A stretch of DNA of 64,000 nucleotides from Cyanophora paradoxa CCMP329 (taxonomy: Eukaryota; Plantae; Glaucophyta), in the NCBI GenBank assembly GCA_004431415.1, contig QPMI01000233.1, positions 1 to 64,000 of the forward strand, in the 5' to 3' direction. The notes beneath the pieces were generated by a model. The model saw only the letters and a list, made by a program, of their open reading frames with translations. It had not been told where the DNA came from and searched no databases. A program made the translations under genes and the position numbers. Positions 26,155-38,700 of the stretch are shown here, one piece after another (the stretch's first letter is position 1; every line of letters starts with the position of its first letter).

Positions 26155-28179
26155 AATCCGATCCGGAATCCGGATCCCAGGGGCCAGGACCAAAGTCCGG
26201 ACTCGGACGGTACTTACTACTAAGTTACTAGTAAGTTACTACCACGGTACTACGGTAGTCGGAGTCTCGGAGACTGTCGGACCTTTCATTTTCGGAGTTC
26301 ACAGTACGAAGTCGAAGTTGATTCGTGATTTCAAGGATGATTCGCCTCTGTGATTCGTCAATCGTCAGAATCGTTTGTACGTGCGCATGCGGTATATACT
26401 GAAGCAAATATACCAGATATTTAAGCAAATATACATGTACAGCGAGGAGAGTACTATCATACCCGTGACTCCGGGGCCGTGACTCGTGAGTTGCAATTGT
26501 GACTCTTGTGAGAGTCTCGAAGTGAGACTCGTGATGGATGATCACTGAGTCACGTGCACGGATCGGAGCCTTCGAATTCGGAGGGTTCATCCATGCAAGA
26601 CTTTCAAATTTCAAGTCACCGACGTTCTAACTTCTAAGTTTAACTTCAAGGCTTCTAACTTCGAATTATAAGTTGAATGCATATATGAATCAACGCAGGC
26701 TGCCCCCTCAAAAACTTGAATCGGTACAAGCAGAGCCTCGGAGGCTAGGGGGCATTATACGGGGAAATTATGCCCCAGTGCAGCCCCACCGGCGGCCCCT
26801 CGCACGGTCGAAGTTGCACGGTCTCGCCCGGGTCGCCCCCCCTCTATACTGTACTACGAGTCTGGCGTCACTTTATTTCTGCAAAACCCGAAAATTGCGC
26901 CGAAATTGTGGTTCATCCGCATGCGCATCATATTTCTAGTTGCCGCAGGCTGGCCATAGCCCGGCGGCCCACATGTACAGTGGCCACATTAACGTTGCCG
27001 CGAACTAACTTCGAACGGCCACATTAACGGGCCACTGATCATGCCAGTAGATCTAGAAATCGTCACCGATCGCGAGCTCAAGTCCGATCGCGGACTCCGG
27101 GATCATCGGATCGCGAGTCGCCATCATCATGATCATATGCGCAGACATCATTATCATGGATCATGATCAGCCGTGATATCCGGGATCCACTCGCTGCGCA
27201 TGCGCAAGCTTGCCTTAAGCTTGATCATATTGATCACAAGCTTCAATTGCAAGGCTTCGAATTCTGCTTATAAATCTGTCCGTCGGTCAGCAGCGACGTC
27301 ACTTGGAGTCATGATCAGCACTGCAGCTGCGGCAGCAGCTGCAGCGTGGCAGCTCGCGATCGAGCTCATGATCATCATGATCGTGATCGACATATCAGTA
27401 TACGTACGGTATACCGAATTTCGAATTCGAAGTTCAGGCAGCGATCGCGAGCGGCGCGGCTCGCGATCGAGCGCAACTCGATCGAGGTGCCACGGTGCGC
27501 ATCATCAGCGCATGCATATGCATATGCCACGGTAATTATAAATACGCGGCGGTCTTGCAATTGGCAGCATTCAGATGATTGCCGCGCGACGTCACGCGTA
27601 CGGCGGTGGCGGCGCGGCCAGCGCCGGCGCCGCGCGCGGCGGCCGCGGCCGCGGGCCAGACAGCGCGCCGCCCCAAATGGCCCCAAATGGCCCCCGACTC
27701 CCCGAATTCGATCGAAATCCTGCCGAATTTCCCGGCCACGCGTATACGTACGCACTCGCAATTGCAATTTCGCTCGCAAGTTCAGTCGCAACCTAAAACC
27801 CGTTTGAACCTCCGATCGCGACATGTACATCCGCCGCAGGCTCCCGCCCCTGAGTCCCGGGCCTCCCGGCCCCCGGGCCCCGGCCCCCGGCCCCGGGGCC
27901 GGGCGGCGGCCCGCCGGCGGGCCGGTCCGGGCGCCGGCGGCGGCAGCTGCAGCGGCCCGGCCGCGGCGCCGGATCGATCATCGATATCACTGAGTCAATA
28001 CTAGGTCTTCGACTCGCCCCCGCCCCTGCTCGTCTCAGGATGTGCAAGGTGGGGTCTTATGATAAAACAACAAAGACGGCAGCTGCATGCAGGCTGCAGC
28101 TAGCGCTCGCTAGGCGTAGGCCTCAGGGCCTGGAAAACTCGAACTGGAACACAAAGCCCTGCACGCGTACGCCGCGCCG

Positions 28180-28800
28180 CCCGGCGGCCACCCGACGTGC
28201 CTCCGAGGCCCGCCCGCCCGCCAGGCCGCGCCGCCGCCCGCTGGCGCCGCGCCTCCACCCGCCCGCCGAGCCGCGCCGCCGCCCGCTGCGCCCGGCCTTG
28301 GCCCCGGGCCCCGCACGGCTGGGGCCCGCGCCGCCGCCCGCCGCGGCCGCGCCTCCGCCACAGCCGGCGAGCCGCGCCGCCGCCCACCGCGCCTCCGCCG
28401 CAGGCGGCGAGCCGCACCGCGCCGCCGCCCGCTGGCGCCGCGCCTCCACCCGCCCGCCGAGCCGCGCCGCTGTCCGGATCCGCTGCGCCCGGCCTTGGCC
28501 GGCCCGGGCCCCGCCCGGCGACCCTGGGGCCCGCGCCGCCGCCCGCCGCACCTGCGCCCTGCCCGGCCCAGTGAGCAGCGCCGCTCGGCGGCCGTTCGCC
28601 GCGCCTCCGCCCCGCCCAGCGACCCGCGCCGCCGCCCGCCGCGCCTCCGCCACAGCCGGCGAGCCGCGCCGCCGCCCGCCGCGCCTGCGCCCCGCCCAGA
28701 GATATCGATCGAGAGCCGCGACGCCGCCCGCCGCGCCTCCGCCCCGCCCGGCGAGCCGCGCCGCCATACTGACCGCCCGCCACGCCTCATGATCAGCCTT
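28180..28800. repeat. GC-rich degenerate minisatellite
   Basis: Recurrent GAGCCGCGCCGCCGCCCGC and GCGCCTCCGCC motifs, with two copies of a larger unit ~190 bp apart (~28225 and ~28418). Confidence 0.75.
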
Positions 28801-29797
28801 GCCCGCCGCGCCTCCGGAGCCGTCCCGCGCGGTCGCGCGCGCCGCCCGCCACGTGCATGCATGCGCACGGCAGCGGCCGATGAGCTTGTTGCCGTCTGCA
28901 TAGAGCGCTATAGCTATCCCTCGCTATCACTAGATCTAGATCTAGATCGCATATGCATTCCGCGCGCCTGCCTCGAGCTCGCTGCCGGCCACGGCCTAGC
29001 GCGCGGCAGCATGCGCAGCTGCCGTAGCGCGCGGCAGCGGCTGCCTCTTTAATTTCCCGCGGGCTGATTCGCCGAGTCGGTGTTAGGGGCCGCCAGCTGT
29101 TAGCTAGCGGGCTGCGCTGGCCATGGCCATGGGTTCGCCAGCTGTTAGCTAGCCTGACCGCGCATGCAGCAGGCCTATGCGGCCGCGGCGTGGCGCGCGG
29201 GTTCGCCAGCTCTTAGCTAGCCTAGTACGTAGCATGCATGGGCAACGGCCGCGGGCCGCGCCGTCGCGGCGTGCACGTACGTGGCGCTGGGAGTCGGGCT
29301 ACAGCAAAAAGACTTTTGCAGACGGAAAAAAGACCGAGTTGCGAACTGGCCGACTTGGACAAAAGGACAGACAATCCGACGGGTAGCAAGGGGGGTTTGA
29401 GCAGCTGACCCCCCCTTGCAATTTGGCAATATTTGGCCGGATCCGGAAACGCTAACCCCGACGTCGACGTTTAAATTCGTCACGTCCGGAATTTCCGGAT
29501 CCGACAGTCTACCGTGGTACGAACAGCCCCGGGACGGGGTACAGATCTAGATAGAGACTGATCCGGCCAGCGCTGCTTGCCTTATCCGTCCGTCAGCGCA
29601 GCGGAGCGAACGCAGAACGCTCGCACAGCCTCGCAGCTAGGCGAGGCAGATCGCTGCTCAGCCGCCTCGATCTCCGCGCAGCACCATCGACATCGGCGGC
29701 CGGCCGCGGCGGTCGAAGTCGCTCCCGCGCGCCGATCTTCCACGAGTCTGATCCGCCGGTGACGCGTCCCGTCACAGAGCGATCTGCGTAGGGAGAG

Positions 29798-32700
29798 ATG
29801 GGATGCAACTGCTCTCGCACCGCGCGGCGCTCGCTCGCCGGAGAAGCGTACTACGATGTGGTCGTCACGTCCAGCGACCAGCAGCAGCAGGCCCCCAACC
29901 CGAAGCCGGCCTCCGCGAGGCCAGCAATCGGAAGGGCGGCGACCCCGGGACAGCAGCCGCCCCACTTCCAGGACGCCTCCGTCAAGCAGGCGCCGAATTT
30001 GAAGACGCGTGCGCCGGCGCCGGCGCCCACGACGGCCGCGGCAGCGGCGGCCGCTCCGCAGCGCGAGTTGCGGGACCGGGTCGTCCGCGTCTTCCTCTCA
30101 TCAACGTGCGTGACCGTGAGGGGGACGCGCGCGCGCGCTCCTCGAGAGCTCTCCTTCTTGAACTCTTCTCCGATCCCGATCCGGCGCGCAGCTTCAAGGA
30201 CATGCAGCCGGAGCGGGAGGCGCTCTTCCGCTCGGCCGTCGCACGCCTGCGGCGCGCCCTCGCCACCCGCGGCCTCTTCTTCACCCCCGTCGACCTCCGG
30301 TTCGATCCCCGGCCCCGCGCTCTGCAGCCAGCTTCCCTGCCAGAGTCCTTGCGTCTAGAGTCTTGCTTCTTCGCTTTAAGCTCTAGCTGATGGCGGCCGG
30401 GCGCCCGGCCCGCGCCTGCTGGTCGCCCTAGAGAGACCATGAGCTGTTTGCTTCGCTATTGGCTCTGACTGATCATGACGGCGGCGGGGCACCCCGCCCG
30501 CGGCAGCTGGGGCATCACCGCGGACGAAGCGCAGGGAGGAGAGGTACTACCCCCCCTTTCCTCCCCTCCCCCCTCCGTCAATCCGACAGCGCTCGTGTTC
30601 CCTCCCTCCCCCCGAAGGTCGTGCGCATCTGTCTCGAGGAGGTCATGAGGTACCCCCCTCGCCCCGGCCCCTTCCCGGTAACCCCCGGGCGGTAACACCC
30701 CCGGCAGGTCCACGTACTTCGTTGGTATCCTCCCGCAGCCGTTTAAAAAATTTCCCCCAACTTTCCGTAAATTAACCGTACCGCCCTCGCCCCGAAGCCT
30801 TCCTCAAGGGACGATACGGGTACCCGTGAACCCCCAGGGGACCGCGGGTGCCCTCTGTCGACTCCTTTCGGCGCAGGTGGCACCAGGCCCCGGGCGCACC
30901 CGTGGACGAGCTCCTGAAGAGGCGAGCTCGAGAGCGTACCCCCCCGCACGCGGCGACCATCGAATTCGAGTACCCCCGCAGGACGATCGAGAGGGCCCTA
31001 CCCCAGTTCCCGTTCGTCGCCCAGTACGCGGAGAAGAGGTGGGCGACTGTACCCCCGTCCCGCTTTCGAGTACCCCCGATCCTAGCTCTCTGAATATTAA
31101 ATTACGAATCCTCTCCGCAGCGTGACGGAGCACGAAATCCTATTGGGCGCCTTCGTGAACCCTGACGTGAGCGAACGAAGCCCGCCCTACCCCCCGGACC
31201 CCCCCGCACGGGGGCGAGCGGTCGCGCAGGGGACGCCGAACGTCCGCCGGCAGACGAGCCTCTTCTACTTCTCCAAGTGAGGCTTAGCTTAAGCTTCAGC
31301 TCTCGCCCGATCTCCTCGCTAATCTCTCCCCATCCTCTCCCGCTCTCGCCTCTCCGCCCAGCGAGGCTCTGGCGGCGCCGGACGCGGGCAAGGAGGGCCC
31401 CCACGCCACCCGCTGCCTCGCCGAGCTCAAGGTACCCCTCCTCCACCCCCTCGTACCCCCCTCCACCCTCCGTACGCACACGTACCCCCCCCGCAGGCGC
31501 GGATCCGGGCCTCCGGGGTACCGGTGCGCTCCCCGGACTACGCCTCGGCGGAGGAGCTCGCGGCCGCCATCCACGACGACCTCCTCGCCGTGCGCGCGGC
31601 CGTACCCCCCTCCGATGCTCCCTCCCCCTTCCACAACCCTTGCTGCCAACAGCCCCTCGCCCTTCTCGCCCATCTCGCGCCCCTCGCCCCCCTCGCCTCT
31701 CGCCCTCCGCGGCTCGCCCCCCCAAACCCCCCCCCCCCCCCCCAACCCCCCCCCACCCTGGACGAAGCTCGAGCTTGTTGCCAGCCGCCCCTCGCCCCTC
31801 TCGCCCCCCTCGCCCCTCGCCGTTCCTCCCCCCTCGAGCCCGCCTCTGCTTCTGACGCGTCAGCCCCGCCCCCTACGAGCTTGCTGCTAGCTCCCTCGAG
31901 CCTCCACTGCTGGCTGCGGCTCGCCGCTGCTCGCCCGCCTCCAGAGAAGCTTCTGCAGCTGACGCGTCTGACGCGGCTTCGGGGCGCAGCTGGTTGTGCG
32001 GGACTACCCCGACGCGGGGCCGCGCCCCTGGCTCGAGGAGGAGCGCGCCGCCCACGCCGCCTTCGCCGCCGCCCGCCGCCGCCTCTACCTCCCCGCCCCG
32101 GGTCCGCTTCTGCCTTTTTTGAATATCTTTTGGTAGAAATTTTGGGGCGCTTCATGACCTCTCTAACAACCTAACATCCTACGACGCACTGTCAGAGGAT
32201 CTCTGACCTGCGTCGCCTCGAGCTTCGAGTACTAGTACCCCTCTGACTGAGTTTTGATTTCGCGGCAGACGACTTCGAGGCTCTGAACGCGTACGCCGCC
32301 GCCTCGGGCACGTGTACCCCGCCCCAACCCGCCCCGCCCCGCCCCGCCAGCCACCAGCTGACCCGTGTGTATTGCAGGCCCCGAAGTCCTGGTCGTCCTG
32401 GGCGAAAGCGGCTGCGGCAAGAGCGGCGCGCCCGCCCCCCCGTCCCTTCTTCCATCCGTCTCGCACCTCTGAGGCCGTCGGCCGCTGGCAGCGCTGCTGG
32501 CGAACTGGGCGGCGGCCTGGCAGGATGCGCACCCGGGCGACGCAGTCGTCCTCCACTTCGTCGGCGGCGCGCCCCGCCCCGCGGAGAATGTTGAAATCGA
32601 AGAAGAATTTTCCAGCTAATTATAAGCGGGGGCGCGCGCAGGGAGCCAGCAGAGCGCGCGGGCGTCGAACCTCATGCGGCGCGTCGTCGAGGAGATGAAG

Positions 32701-35700
32701 GTGCGAGCCTGCTGCAGTTCAGCCCTTTGCGGCCCCCGGCCATGGCCGGCCTCCAGCCCTTCGCGGCCTCTAGATCTGGCCGCGGCGGCCTCTGGCCGCG
32801 GCCGGTCTTTCCGTCCATCCCTCCTCCCCCTTCTCTCACGCTCGCCCTCCGCAGGCGCTGGGCTCCCGCGCCGCGCCCCCCGAGCTCACCGGCGACGAGG
32901 TGGGCGCCCGCTCCGACCTCTGCCTCACGATCAGCGCTCACGCGGGCGCGGCCAGGCGTCGGACATGCACAAGTTCGCGGAGTGGCTGGGGGCCGCGTCG
33001 CCCCCGCGCCGCCTCGTCCTCGCCGTCGACGCCGTCGACCAGGTCAGATCTGATCTGATCCGAGCGCGCCCCCCGAGAGGAGTGTCAGAGAAAGCTAGAA
33101 AGATTATAGAACCCAGCTGGAGCCTCTGCGACGTCGCTCGCGCACGGGTTCGCCTCGAATTCGATCTGATCCGACCCGCGTCCCGCCCCAGCTCCTCGCC
33201 GACAATGGCGCTCAGGTCCGCTCTTCCCCCCCTACTGCCCCCCCCCCTTTCCCCTCCCCCCTTCCCCTCCCCGCCCTCCCAAGCCATGCCCAAGCTGAAC
33301 CAAGCGCCGCCCCGGGCAGCGGCTGCCCTGGCTCCCGCACGCGGCCTCCCCGCGCCTCCGCCTCGTCCTCTCCTGCACGCCCGGCGAGGCCAGCGCCGCC
33401 GCCGCCAAGCGCGCCCACCTCCTCGCCAAGGTGCGCGCGTGCGCGCGGGAATGTCTGCATCCGCCCCAGGCGAGGCGGAGAGGAAGATGGCTTGCTGTTA
33501 GCTTAAGCTTAAGCTTAAGCTTGCTGTTAGAGGTAGCTCGAGCCCAATCCCAAAGCTCAGAGCCAGGGAGAGAAAGAGGGGGCCCTTAGATATCAAACCC
33601 GTCGCCTACGTATACGCCCCTGACGCTCGGCTCGGGCGGCCCCGGGCGCAGGTGGCGCCGCTGGACGCCGCCCGGCGCCGCGCCCTCATCGCCGCCGACC
33701 TCCGCCAGGTCCCCTCCCTCCCATTCGCTTAAGCTTGTAATTTGCTTTGATTTCTAACCAGCTCGGGCTTTTCTGTTCCGGGTTTTCTGTTTCCGCGCAG
33801 GCGAGCAAGGGCCTGCCGGAGGTACAGCTTGCGCGGCTGGCGGGGGCCCCGCAGGCGGCGAACCCCCTCTTCCTCACCGTCGCCCTCGAGCTCCTCCGCG
33901 AGTCCGGTGCACGCCCCGGATCCCCGAGCCCGGCGCCCCGGCCCCCGCCCGTGCTAGAACCTCTTGCTCTAGTTATTTAATTAGGATCTTAAGCTAGCTT
34001 TCCTTCCTCTCGAGCTTCCCCAGAACCTCCTAGCGCACTCAAACTTTACTACGGCCGCCACCTTCACATCCAATTAATATTCATGATCATGGAATCCTGG
34101 GCCTGATTGATGGTCGCTGACGGCGCCGGCCGCCCTCGCCCCCCCCCTCGCCCCCGCCCTGGGCGCAGCGGTGCACGACACGCTGGAGGAGCGCATCGGG
34201 CAGTGCCTCGCCTGCGCGGGGCCCGCCCCCCTCTTCTCCTTCCTCGTGCGCCCCATACGGGGATAAGAAGAGACCTAGGCCTGGAGCCCCGGACTCGAAG
34301 CTTTTCAAGAACGCACTAGAAGGCGTTTCCATCCTAAGAGCTTTAACGAATAGAGAGCAAGTCGCGCAAGGCGCGACTTGACGTGGCCCCGCGCGCGCAG
34401 ATCGAGCGGTGGGTGGGTCTCTACGGGGAGGAGCTCGTGCGGGGGGCCCTCAGCGCCATCGCCTGCTCCCGGTCCGTTCACGCCGGGGTCGGGGGCCGCG
34501 GCCAGGTCCCACAAGTACCTTCAAAGACCTTCAAAGGATGGGGCGGGAGGGGGCGGGAGGGGGCGGGGGGGGTCCGTGCGCTGCGGGCGGGGAGGGGGTA
34601 GGGGGATAGCGCAGGGGGCGAGGCGGGGCGCGGCAAGGGGCAGCTAGGCTAGAGGGGACACCGCCCTAGTACTAGTGCTTCCTCGGGCGCACCTAGTGCT
34701 CTCCACTCCCTTTCCCACCTTAATCTCGTCCGGCGGGCAGGCACGGGATGGCGGAGGCGGAGCTGCAGCAGCTGCTGGGCGTCGGCGGCGCCCGCCCCGA
34801 GCCCGGCGGCCCCGCCCCCGCCCAGGTCCGTCCGTCTGCCTCACCTTCTTGTTTTCTGCACGTGATGGCTTAAATTAGCCGCCGCAAACTGTTTGTCCTC
34901 CAGGCGCGCACGCCGCTGGTGTGGGCCGAGTTCCTCGCGGCCGCCTCCTCCGCCCTCGTCGACCGCAGTGCGCACCCTCCCCCCTCTCGAAACCTTCAGC
35001 CTGCACTCCGAATTTCGAATGAACATTTCCGTTCTTTCGTCTCAGACGGCCTCCTCGGCTTCTTCCACCGCGCCGCAGCCGAGGTCCGCTCCCTGTAACA
35101 TATATATTTGGGGTTTATTTATTATCTGTCGCTTTTTCTGATAATAGAAAGAAGTTTCTCGCATAGAAGTTTTTTTTCCAGCAAATAACGGAGGGGCGGT
35201 TCGGGCTGGGGCGCCCCGAGGAGCGCCGCCGCGCACACGCCCGCCTCGGCGCCTTCTTCGCCGCCCAGGTGCCCCCCTTTTACTTTACTGTACTGCTACT
35301 TTGCTGAAAGCTTTACGTTGACTTTGCTCTCAGCCACCGTCGGAGCGGCGGGCGGAGGAGAGCGCGTGGCAGCTCGAGCGGGCCGGCGACAAGGAGGCCC
35401 TCGTCAAGGTGCGGGGCGGGCTGCCTGTCCTGTCCTTCGAATTCAGCCCTACCTGTCTATCCCCTACTTCGAGAGCACAAGATAGATCTAACAAAGCCCT
35501 ACTCCGAGATCTAGAGCCCTTGATCTCGTAAAGCTCCCTTAATAGATATAAAGCCGCCCCTCATCTCCACTTGTCTCTTTGCTCATAGAATAGAATCTCA
35601 ATTCTAATTTTAATTCCGTCTAGCGTAAGTAAGCCTCACGCCGTGACGGTCCATGGCCCGCCAGGTTCTCTCGGAGCTGGACGTGCTGCGACGCCTCGGG

Positions 35701-38700
35701 GCGGAGCGCAGCGTCGACGAGTACGCCCACTACTGGGCCGCCACCGGCCGCCAGGTGCATCCGGATCGGAGCGGGCCGGGGAGGGTCAAGAGGGGGGTAC
35801 ATGCTCGTGGTCGAGGACGCGCCGGGGCGAAGAAAGGGATGGAGGGAAGAGATCTTCGAGTTCTCGCTCTCTCCCTTCATCCGCGCCACTCACCCGCGCG
35901 CGCCCCGCCCGCAGCGGGAGGCGGCGGGGCACATCCGCGCCGCCCTCGACTCCTCCACCGAGCGCGAGGCGCGCGCGCGGCCCATGCCAGCTGGCTGCCG
36001 CGCCCCTCTGATCCGATCTAATTCCATCTGTTCTGATTTGATCCGGTCTGAGCAGGCGGGGCGGGTGGCGGAGGATCTCGCCACCGCCGGCTATGCCCTT
36101 CGCGTCCTCGGTGCGATATCGATATCGATGGGCCGGCGAAACCAAACTCTCCGGCGGAGCTCTAGATATTTTATAGCAAACTATAATCAGCTGATTGCAG
36201 TCATGAGCTCTAGATTGCGATTGAGCGCGTGTGGCCATGGGGCTTAGATCGCTCCAGCTCAAGGCGGCTCGGGCCAAACTATAGTACTAGTTAGCTGGGC
36301 TACGCCCTCCGCGTCCTCGGTGACTTCCAAGCTTAATCCCATTCTAAACAGAAGGTAAAGGCGGCTTGGGCGTGCTTTCTTTCACTCCATCTCAATTACG
36401 ATTGATTGAGCGCGAGTGGCCATGGGCGCCGCCTCGAAGCGAGAGCGCCGCTTAGATCGCCTGCTTTCTTTCTCTCCATCTCAGAGTCTGACCCGCGGGG
36501 CGGGCCGCGGGCGCAGGGGAGTTCGAGGCGGCGCTGCCGCTCGTCGAGCGGAGTGTCGCGATGCGCGAGGCGGCCGCGCGCCCCGGCGGCGCCGGCGGAG
36601 GCGGCGAAGGCACCCGCGAGTACGGCCAGGCGCGCCTGGGGCTCGTGCTCGCGCCCGCGCTTCCTCGCGCGAGGTAACTTGGAAATTGCTCGGATTTGCT
36701 CCACCTGCAGGCGCTGTCGCAGCTGGCCGGCATCCGCGTGGACCGCGGCGAGTACGACAAGGCCCACGAGCTGTACAAGGTAGACACAGGCCGCGCAGAT
36801 CTTGTGCTAGTGCTAGGCAAGGGCTAACCGGACAACGCAGCGGGTGCTGGAGATCCAGGAGAGGACGGAGGGCGCGGCCAGCGAGGCCGTCACCAAGACC
36901 CTCAGCAACCTCGCGGAGGTGCGCGCGTCGGCGCCCCCGAATCCGATCGACGGCCCGAGAGCGAGCCTCGGAGCGAGCGATACATATATTTCTAAAGAGA
37001 CCAAACTCCGGAAATTTCGAGAAATTCCGGAGAATTTCAGAGAATTCTGGCTGACTTGCGCTCCTCCGGGCAGACGCTCTTCGAGCGGGGCAAGTACGCG
37101 GAGGCGGAGGCCGTCCTCCGCCGCGCCCTCCGCATCGCCGAGCAGGCCCGCCCCGCCCCGCCCCGCCCCGCCCCGCCCCGCCCCGCCCCGCCCCGCCCAA
37201 GGGGGCTTAAAGAGGTCTTCTTTCCCATGCTAAAGACTCCCCGCGCCTTTCTCCCCCGCCCGCCTTTCCCCGGCTCCCCCACTCACGCCCGGGCGGGGGC
37301 AGGCGTCGGGGGCGGGGTCGCAGGCGGCGGCGAACGCGCGCCTCCACCTCGCCAGCGCCCTCCAGGAGCAGGGCCGCTTTGACGAGGCTAAACGGTGCGT
37401 TTTATGAATACAAGCTGAGAAGCGGATCTGTTTCAAGACAAGCTTAGACGCTTTACAGCTAGAATCTCATGCTGTCTTGATTCTTATTGTATTTGTTCGC
37501 TTTCTCGCGCGCCTGCAGGGAGCTGGAGCAGTGCCTGCGGATGAAGGAGGAGGCGCACGGCCCCGAGCACCCCGAGGTCCGCCCCGCCCGGCTCGTCTCA
37601 ATGTGAAGAGGACGCAATGCGGCAGCCGGAACGCCCTAAATTGCAAAGAAGCGAACAAATAAAATTTCTCCTGCGGCTGCTACGCATATAACCGCCCCGG
37701 GGATGCGGCGGCGGCTGATGCGCATCTGTGTCCGATTCGTAGGTGGCCATCGTGCTCAACAACGTGGCGAACCTCCAGGCGCGCCCGCCCCTCCCCGCTC
37801 CCGCCCCCGCCCCCGCCCGAAGGGCTGGCCGGGATGAAGAGGGGCGCGGGGCGCGCCCCCCCGCCCCCGCCCCGCCCCCGCCACCGGCCAGGGCTCGAGG
37901 GGAGCGAATGCGAATGCGAAGGCTGAGGCGGGGCGCGCGCAGGCGATGAAGGGTGCGATCGCGGACGCCGAGCAGACATGCCGGGTACGTGCGCCGCCCC
38001 CTCCGCTCTTCCCCTAAGAGGCCCTGGATGCATCGGGCCGGGCTCTAAAGCTGCATGGGGCCGAGCCGCATGACCTAATTACAAAGCAGCGCAAGGGCTA
38101 GGGCTCTAGATCTGCAAGGGGCCCTAGGCCTTTATATATGAGTTGGGAGAGAACGAGCCGCAAGACACAATTACACAAGCAGCGGATAAGTTAAGCAGAC
38201 GTCGACGGACGCGAAGCGATCTATCTGACGCCGGCCCGCTCGCTCGCCGGCAGCGGGCGCTGGAGGTGCGGGAGGGGGCGTACGGGCCAGAGCAACCCGC
38301 CGTCGCCCAGTCCCTCCGCAACCTCGCCAACGAGGTGGGCCAGCCCGCCGCCCCGCCCCGCCCCAAGATCCCCGCCCGGCCCGCCTTGTCCCGCCCCGCC
38401 CCGCCCCGTGCTGAACGCGTCCTTGCCCTCGCTGCGCAGCTGCAGCTGCAGGCGCGCTTCGACGAGGCCGAGGAGCTCCTCCGCGTGCGGCCCCGCGGCA
38501 TCTAGATCTTGAGATCTTCAAGCATTCCTCTTAAGATCTTTAGGTCGGAGATCTTTGAGTGTCTGTAAGATCTTTAGGTGGGAGATCTTTGACTATCTTC
38601 AAGATCTTTATATCTCTAGATCTTAAGATCTTTAGATCTTAAAGATCCGCTCCTGGAGCTCCTCCGCGTGCGATTCTTGAGTGTCTGCAGATCCTCAGAG

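Noticed and set aside
28040-28901. Several 200-260 aa ORFs on both strands
   Set aside because: They lack stops only because the region is a very GC-rich minisatellite. The translations are low-complexity Arg/Ala/Pro with no splice or codon signal.
29298-29520. CACTA-like end (CTACAGCAAAAAGACTTTTGCAGACGG) and hairpin GCAAGGGGGG...CCCCCCTTGC
   Set aside because: No matching opposite terminus or TSD was found.
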